NCBI GenBank assembly: GCA_044223005.1
Contig: JBGAML010000005.1
Span: forward strand, 96,001 to 160,000
Reading direction: 5' to 3'
From: Candidatus Eiseniibacteriota bacterium
GTDB lineage: Bacteria; Eisenbacteria; RBG-16-71-46
Length of the DNA: 64,000 nt
Within the stretch, counting starts at the first letter, position 1; the number at the start of each line of letters is the position of its first letter. Shown here piece by piece: positions 58,916-64,000 of this stretch. The notes under the pieces were generated by a model, which was not told where the DNA came from, made no database searches, and saw only the letters and a program-made list of their open reading frames with translations. Made by a program: the position numbers and the translations under genes.

Positions 58916-59995
58916 ATGCATCGTCTCGCACTCGCCGCCACGCTCTCGCTGGTCACGCTGGCCCTCGCCGCAGCCGCGTCGCATGCGGCGCCCGCCGCCG
59001 ATCGGGTGCGGATCCGGATCGACCGCTCCGAAGCCGACGCTGTGCTCGCGATCCTCGATCGCCGCGTGGCGGGGCAGGCAATCCGCGACGCCGACTGGGA
59101 ACGGCTCTTCGCGACGCCCGGGTTCCGGCGGCTCGAGACACGCGAAGCCGCCATCGCGAAGATGTTCGCGCGCCCGAACGGCGGGCTCGATCGCGCGGCG
59201 TTCCGCGCGTTCGTCACCTCCGACTCGCTGCTGACGCGCCGCACGGCGCTGCGTCGCACGCTCGCCGACTGGTGCCGCGCCGACCTGCACGCGAGCGGCA
59301 CGCGCGTACTCGCGTGGCTGCCGCTGGGCGCCCGCATCCACGCGACGGTCTACCCGGTGATCAAACCGCGCGACAACAGTTTCGTCTTCGACACGGCGCG
59401 CGACCCGGCGATCTTCCTCTTCCTGGACCCGGCACTGCCGCGCGCGCATTTCGAGAACACGGTGGCGCACGAGTGCCATCACATCGGCTTCGCCTCCGTC
59501 GCGGCGCTCCGCGATTCGGCGGAGGCCGGGCGGAGCGACGACGCGCAGGCGGCGCTCGGCTGGGCGAGCGCCTTCGGCGAGGGCTTCGCGATGCTCGCCG
59601 CCGCCGGCGGCCCGGAGGTCCACCCCAAGGCCGACTGCCCGGCGGCCGAACGGGCGCGCTGGGACGCCGACGTCGCGAGCTTCGACACGGACCTCGCGCG
59701 CGTGCAGGCGTTCCTGCTCGACGTCGCCGAGGGCCGGCTGCGCGACGAGGCGGTCCGCGACTCGATCGGCGGCAGCTTCTTCGGTGAGCAGGGCCCCTGG
59801 TACACCGTGGGCTGGGTCATGGCGAGCCGCATCGCGGCGGACGAGGGCCGCGCACGCGTGATCGAGTGCATGCTCGACCCCGCGCTGTTCCTCGCCACGT
59901 TCGACCGCGTCGCGGAGGCTCGCGAACGCGCGGGGAAGGAGCGCCTCGCGCGCTGGTCGCCCGAGCTGGTCGCGGCGCTGCGCCGGGCGCGCTGA
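58916..59995 (+). CDS. Exported putative Zn-dependent protease (DUF5700-like)
   Basis: AHECHHIG (HExxH), EG.AM, QGPWYTVG. Confidence 0.7.
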   Translation: MHRLALAATLSLVTLALAAAASHAAPAADRVRIRIDRSEADAVLAILDRRVAGQAIRDADWERLFATPGFRRLETREAAIAKMFARPNGGLDRAAFRAFVTSDSLLTRRTALRRTLADWCRADLHASGTRVLAWLPLGARIHATVYPVIKPRDNSFVFDTARDPAIFLFLDPALPRAHFENTVAHECHHIGFASVAALRDSAEAGRSDDAQAALGWASAFGEGFAMLAAAGGPEVHPKADCPAAERARWDADVASFDTDLARVQAFLLDVAEGRLRDEAVRDSIGGSFFGEQGPWYTVGWVMASRIAADEGRARVIECMLDPALFLATFDRVAEARERAGKERLARWSPELVAALRRAR

Positions 59996-60133
59996 CGGCG
60001 GCCGCGGGGACCACCGGCCGCGGCGGGGGGCACCGCTTCGCGAGTGGCGTATCACGGCGCCGGCCGCGCACACCTCTCGGCCGAACGGGGAACCTCGTGC
60101 CCCGCGCCGCGCACCCACCCCTCGGAGTTTCCC

Positions 60134-62065
60134 ATGCCGTCCATCCGGCTGGCCCTCGGCACGTGCCTGCTCGTGCTGCTCGCCTCGATCGCCTCCGCCT
60201 CCGCGTCGCTCGCCGCGTCCTCCACCGACGCCGTGCCGGGGGAGATCATCGTCAAGTACCGCGCCGGGCTCCCGGCGGCGCGCCGCGCGCGGGTGATGGC
60301 GAGCGTGCCCGCGGCGCGGTCGCTGCGCGCGCTCGAGCTGATCGGGGGCGAGCAGGTGAGCGTGCCGGTCGGGTCCGAGGACGCCGCCATCGCCCGGCTG
60401 CAGGCCGATCCGGACGTCGTGTACGCCGAACCGAACTGGCGCATCCATCTCGAGGCGATTCCCGACGACCCGCTCTTCTCGCAGCTCTGGAATCTCCGCA
60501 ACACCGGCCAGGGCGGCGCGTTCGCGGGCGACGACATCCACGCGTGGCAGGCGTGGGACCTCACGACCGGCGATCCGGAACTGAAGATCGGTGTGCTCGA
60601 CACGGGCATCGACTACACGCATCCCGACCTCGCCGGCAACATGTGGACGAACCCGGGCGAGATCCCGGGAAACGGCCTCGACGACGACGAGAACGGCTAT
60701 CCGGACGACGTGCACGGCTTCGATTTCGTCAACGGCGACGGCGACCCGATGGACGACCATTTCCACGGCACGCACGTCGCCGGCACGATCGGCGCGGTGG
60801 GCAACGACGGCGCCGGCATCGTGGGCGTGAACTGGCACTGCCGCATGGTGGCGATCAAGTTCCTCGACAACACCGGGAACGGCTCCGAGGGCGGCGCGAT
60901 CGCGGCGCTGCAGTACGCGCTCACGGTGGGCGTGCGCGTGACGAACAACTCGTGGGGCAACATGCCCGGCGGCCAGGGCCTGCTGGACGCGATCGATGCG
61001 TGCGGCCAGGCGGGACAGCTGTTCGTGAACGCGGCGGGGAACAACGGCTGGAACCTCGACTTCGTCCCGGTCTACCCGACGTGCTACCCGACGCCCTACA
61101 TGATCACCGTGGCGGCGACCGACGGCCGCGACCTGCGCCCGAGCTGGTCCAACTACGGCGCGACGGTGGTGAACCTGGGCGCACCCGGGATGACGGTCTA
61201 CTCGTGCAAGCCCGGTGGGCTCTACCAGAACCTGAACGGTACCTCGATGGCGGCGCCGCACGTGACGGGAGCCGTCGCGCTCGCGATGGCGTACTTCCCG
61301 CACGCGACCAATCTCCAGATCAAGTCGCTCGTGCTGGGCAGCGTGGACTCGGTCGCCTCGATGGCGATCACCACCACGACCGGTGGCCGGCTCAACGCCT
61401 ACCGCATGCTCCTCGACGGTGACGCGATCGCCCCCGCGCGGATCGAGCCGCTGGAGGCGAGCGCCGTGGATTCCACGACGGTGCACGTCACGTGGACCGC
61501 GACCGGGGACGACACCACCGCCGGCACGGCGACGGCGTACGACCTGCGCATCGCCACGTTTCCGCTGGATTCGCTCACGTTCGCGAGCGCGACGCCGGTC
61601 GTGGTGAGCACGCCGCAGGCCTCCGGCATGTTCGAAGCTACCACGGTGGCCGAACTCCTCCCGGGCACCACCTACCATCTCGCCATCCGCGCGATCGACG
61701 ACTTCGGGAACGCGAGCGGGCTCTCCAACGTCGCCGACGTGACGACACCCTCCGGTGACGTGCTCGGCGTCATGAACGGCCTGCCGGCGCGGCTCGCGCT
61801 GCGAGTCCTGTCGGCGAACCCGGGCGCGGGCGAGGCGCGGTTCGAACTGCGTCTGCCGCAGCCGGGCCCGCTCGACGTGGGCGTCTACGACGTCTCTGGA
61901 CGGCGAGTGGCGACCCTGGCGAGCGGTGCCGCGAGCGCCGGCGTGCGCACGCTGCTGTGGGACGGGCGCGGCCGCGACGGCGCGCCCCTCGCCGCGGGCG
62001 TCTATCTCGTGCGCGCGCGGACCGCGGCGGGCGAGGTGGGCGCGCGCCTCGCGCGAGTCCGCTGA
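60134..62065 (+). CDS. S8 subtilase with FN3 and FlgD-like C-terminal domain
   Basis: LDTG, HGTHVAG, AAGN, GTSMAAPHV; tail WDGRG...AGVYLVR. Confidence 0.92.
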   Translation: MPSIRLALGTCLLVLLASIASASASLAASSTDAVPGEIIVKYRAGLPAARRARVMASVPAARSLRALELIGGEQVSVPVGSEDAAIARLQADPDVVYAEPNWRIHLEAIPDDPLFSQLWNLRNTGQGGAFAGDDIHAWQAWDLTTGDPELKIGVLDTGIDYTHPDLAGNMWTNPGEIPGNGLDDDENGYPDDVHGFDFVNGDGDPMDDHFHGTHVAGTIGAVGNDGAGIVGVNWHCRMVAIKFLDNTGNGSEGGAIAALQYALTVGVRVTNNSWGNMPGGQGLLDAIDACGQAGQLFVNAAGNNGWNLDFVPVYPTCYPTPYMITVAATDGRDLRPSWSNYGATVVNLGAPGMTVYSCKPGGLYQNLNGTSMAAPHVTGAVALAMAYFPHATNLQIKSLVLGSVDSVASMAITTTTGGRLNAYRMLLDGDAIAPARIEPLEASAVDSTTVHVTWTATGDDTTAGTATAYDLRIATFPLDSLTFASATPVVVSTPQASGMFEATTVAELLPGTTYHLAIRAIDDFGNASGLSNVADVTTPSGDVLGVMNGLPARLALRVLSANPGAGEARFELRLPQPGPLDVGVYDVSGRRVATLASGAASAGVRTLLWDGRGRDGAPLAAGVYLVRARTAAGEVGARLARVR

Positions 62066-62072
62066 GCGCCGC

Positions 62073-64000
62073 TCAGCGCGCGAGCGGCCCGCTCGCGCCC
62101 ACGAGCACGAAGGGCGCCCACGTCGACGGATCGCGCGTCGCGGGGTCGCGGAGCAGCGCGCGCTGCGCGTCGGCGAGGGCGTGGTCGCGCGCGGCGCCGC
62201 CGCGCAACAGCCGCTCGTAGAAGCGCGACATGAGCGTGGCGGTCGGGGCGTCGGGGACGCTCCAGAGGCTCACCACCACGCTCGTCGCCCCCGCGGCGAG
62301 GAAGGCCCGCGGCAGGCCGAGCACGCCCTCGCCACGCTCGAGCCGGCCGAGGCCGCTCTCGCACGCCGAGAGCGTGACGAGCCCCGCCGACAGGTGCAGG
62401 GCGGCGACGTCGGCCGCCGAGAGCAGCCGCGGTTCGCCCTCCTCGGCCGCGAACCAGAGCCCCGAACGCGCGGGGTCGATGGCGTCGGCGGTGCCGTGCG
62501 TGGCGAGATGGACGATGCCGCCGCTCGCGAACGACATCTGCGCGAGTACGGCCGATCGCGTCGCGTGCGCGCCCTCGAGCGAGGCGAACGGACGGGGCGG
62601 CGCGAGCGCGCTCAGCGCCACGAGTTCGCGCGCGGTGGCGGGCAGGGGCGCGAGCCGCGAGCCGGCACCGAAATCCGGGTTGGCGACGGCGAGGATGCCG
62701 GCCGAGGGCGGGACCGGCGCGCGCGGCAGCGCTGCGAGCGCGCTCACCGACGGCGCGTAGGCGAGATCGAAGCGCTCGATCGCCCAGCGGGGTCCGCCCG
62801 GGCGGGCCGGGAGCTCCAGCGCGCCGAAGGGCAGCAGCGCCAGCGCGCCGTCGGGCACGATCACCAGCCGCCGCGGCGCGGGCGACGCGGCGAGCGCTGG
62901 CCCCAGCAGCAGCGCCGCGAGCGCGCGCGAGCTCTCGCGCACGCGCGGCTCGTCCGCGCCGCCGGGCGTCGCGAGCGCGCGCCGAAGCGCCTCGACACGC
63001 AGCCGCAGCACGCGTGCCGGGGGCAGCGTGAAGCGTGTGGCGCCGCCGCGGCGCACGAGCCAGCCGGTGCTGCTCGAATCGCCGGTGCTGAAGACCAGCA
63101 GCGCGGCGTCCGCCCCGGGCACGAGCATGCGCGCGCGCTCGAGCGAGACCGGGGACTCGGGCGCCTCCGACCGGCCGGCGGCGCGCATCAGGTCGAGCAG
63201 CGAGCGGCCGCGCGCGCGCTCGGCCCAGAGGAACGCCTCGTCGCCGTGCCCGTGGCCGGGCTCGCGGGAGTCCAGCGTCCCGAGCAGGTGAACGAGCGCC
63301 TCGTACGCGAAGAGCCGGTTGGCGAAGAAGCCGATCGCACCGCCCGCGTCGTGCTGTTCGCCGCGCAGCGAGTCGATCGTGGCGACGGCGGCGCGGTACG
63401 CGTCGAGCGCCGCAGGCACGTCGCCGCGGCGCTCGGCGACGTCCCCGAGGCCCAGCTGCGAGTGCCACGCGTGCTCGGGAAGCCCCGCGGCGCGCGCGTG
63501 GTCGTAGGCGCTGCGGAAACCGGATTCGGCGGCGGCGTAGCGCCCGGCGTGATCGTCGAGGATCGCGAGGTTGTTGCGCGAGCCGATCGATTCCGCGGAA
63601 CCCGAATCTCCCAGGGCTTCGGCGGCGCGTGCGAACCACGCGCGCGCCCCGGCCGCGTCGCCGCGGTCCCACGCGAGTTCGCCCAGCGAAGTCGCGGCGT
63701 GCAGCACGAGCACCGAATCGCCGAGTTCGACCGCACCGGCCAGGGCGGCCTCGCCATCGCGAACCGCACCGCTCGCGTCGCCCTCCAGGCGGCGTGCGAT
63801 CCCGAGGTCGATCCGCGCCCGCGCGCGCAGGGCGGGTGCCCCGAGCGCTGCGCCGAGCGAATCCGCTTCCCGCAGCGCCTCGCGCGCCGAGCGCGTCTCG
63901 CGCAGCGCGAGCCGCGCGTCGCCCAGAGACACGAGCACCTCGGCGAGCGCGCGCACGTCGCCGGCGCCGCGCGCGAGCGTCGCGGCCTCGTCGAGCTGCC
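62073..64000 (-). CDS. TPR + CHAT (caspase-like) domain protein (5' end outside the window)
   Basis: LVIVPDG.L...PF, HLATHG, LSACES, SLWSV.D, WAPFVL.G. Confidence 0.88.
   Translation of the reverse strand, partial: QLDEAATLARGAGDVRALAEVLVSLGDARLALRETRSAREALREADSLGAALGAPALRARARIDLGIARRLEGDASGAVRDGEAALAGAVELGDSVLVLHAATSLGELAWDRGDAAGARAWFARAAEALGDSGSAESIGSRNNLAILDDHAGRYAAAESGFRSAYDHARAAGLPEHAWHSQLGLGDVAERRGDVPAALDAYRAAVATIDSLRGEQHDAGGAIGFFANRLFAYEALVHLLGTLDSREPGHGHGDEAFLWAERARGRSLLDLMRAAGRSEAPESPVSLERARMLVPGADAALLVFSTGDSSSTGWLVRRGGATRFTLPPARVLRLRVEALRRALATPGGADEPRVRESSRALAALLLGPALAASPAPRRLVIVPDGALALLPFGALELPARPGGPRWAIERFDLAYAPSVSALAALPRAPVPPSAGILAVANPDFGAGSRLAPLPATARELVALSALAPPRPFASLEGAHATRSAVLAQMSFASGGIVHLATHGTADAIDPARSGLWFAAEEGEPRLLSAADVAALHLSAGLVTLSACESGLGRLERGEGVLGLPRAFLAAGATSVVVSLWSVPDAPTATLMSRFYERLLRGGAARDHALADAQRALLRDPATRDPSTWAPFVLVGASGPLAR

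Noticed and set aside
4397..61678. Many long antisense or shadow ORFs (e.g. 4411-7134, 18052-21168, 48403-51198, 58643-61678)
   Set aside because: Arg/Ala/Pro-rich translations without motifs, overlapping well-supported genes; expected at this GC content.
1..64000. CRISPR array, rRNA, integron attC array or prophage structural genes
   Set aside because: No regularly spaced repeats, cas genes, rRNA-like sequence, or capsid/terminase/tail motifs seen. The repeats in RHS and propeller genes are protein-level.

Overview
A very high-GC bacterial window. It encodes many Sec-exported proteins ending either in a FlgD-Ig/T9SS-like C-terminal domain or in a short TWGxLKxxYR tail, which suggests (inference) a diderm of the Eisenbacteria/Krumholzibacteria/FCB-adjacent type. 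Positions 1-26.9 kb and 47.5-64 kb are mostly host-like genes: hldD, an ars operon, engB-lrgAB, GH16, a Ser/Thr kinase, cysK, a DEAD-box helicase, peptidases, OmpA and a CHAT protein. The centre (26.9-47.4 kb) is accessory. It holds (i) a three-gene unit ending in a signal-peptide-bearing RHS protein whose YD shell is interrupted by a cell-wall-binding-2-like trimer and which has no visible immunity gene, (ii) an IS3 remnant, (iii) a kinase-FGE-hydrolase fusion and a DUF4258/MqsA-type toxin-antitoxin pair, and (iv) a 6353-bp integrative element in tRNA-Arg(CCU). That element duplicates the 5' half of the tRNA plus its promoter region rather than the usual 3' end. It carries arm-type repeats, a structured ~300-nt leader, two HTH genes and an integrase whose 5' ends use AGG codons, and AbiV-like cargo. 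A closely related integrase lacking the arm-binding domain lies 3.8 kb outside the element. All family calls come from motif recognition by eye; no database searches were run.
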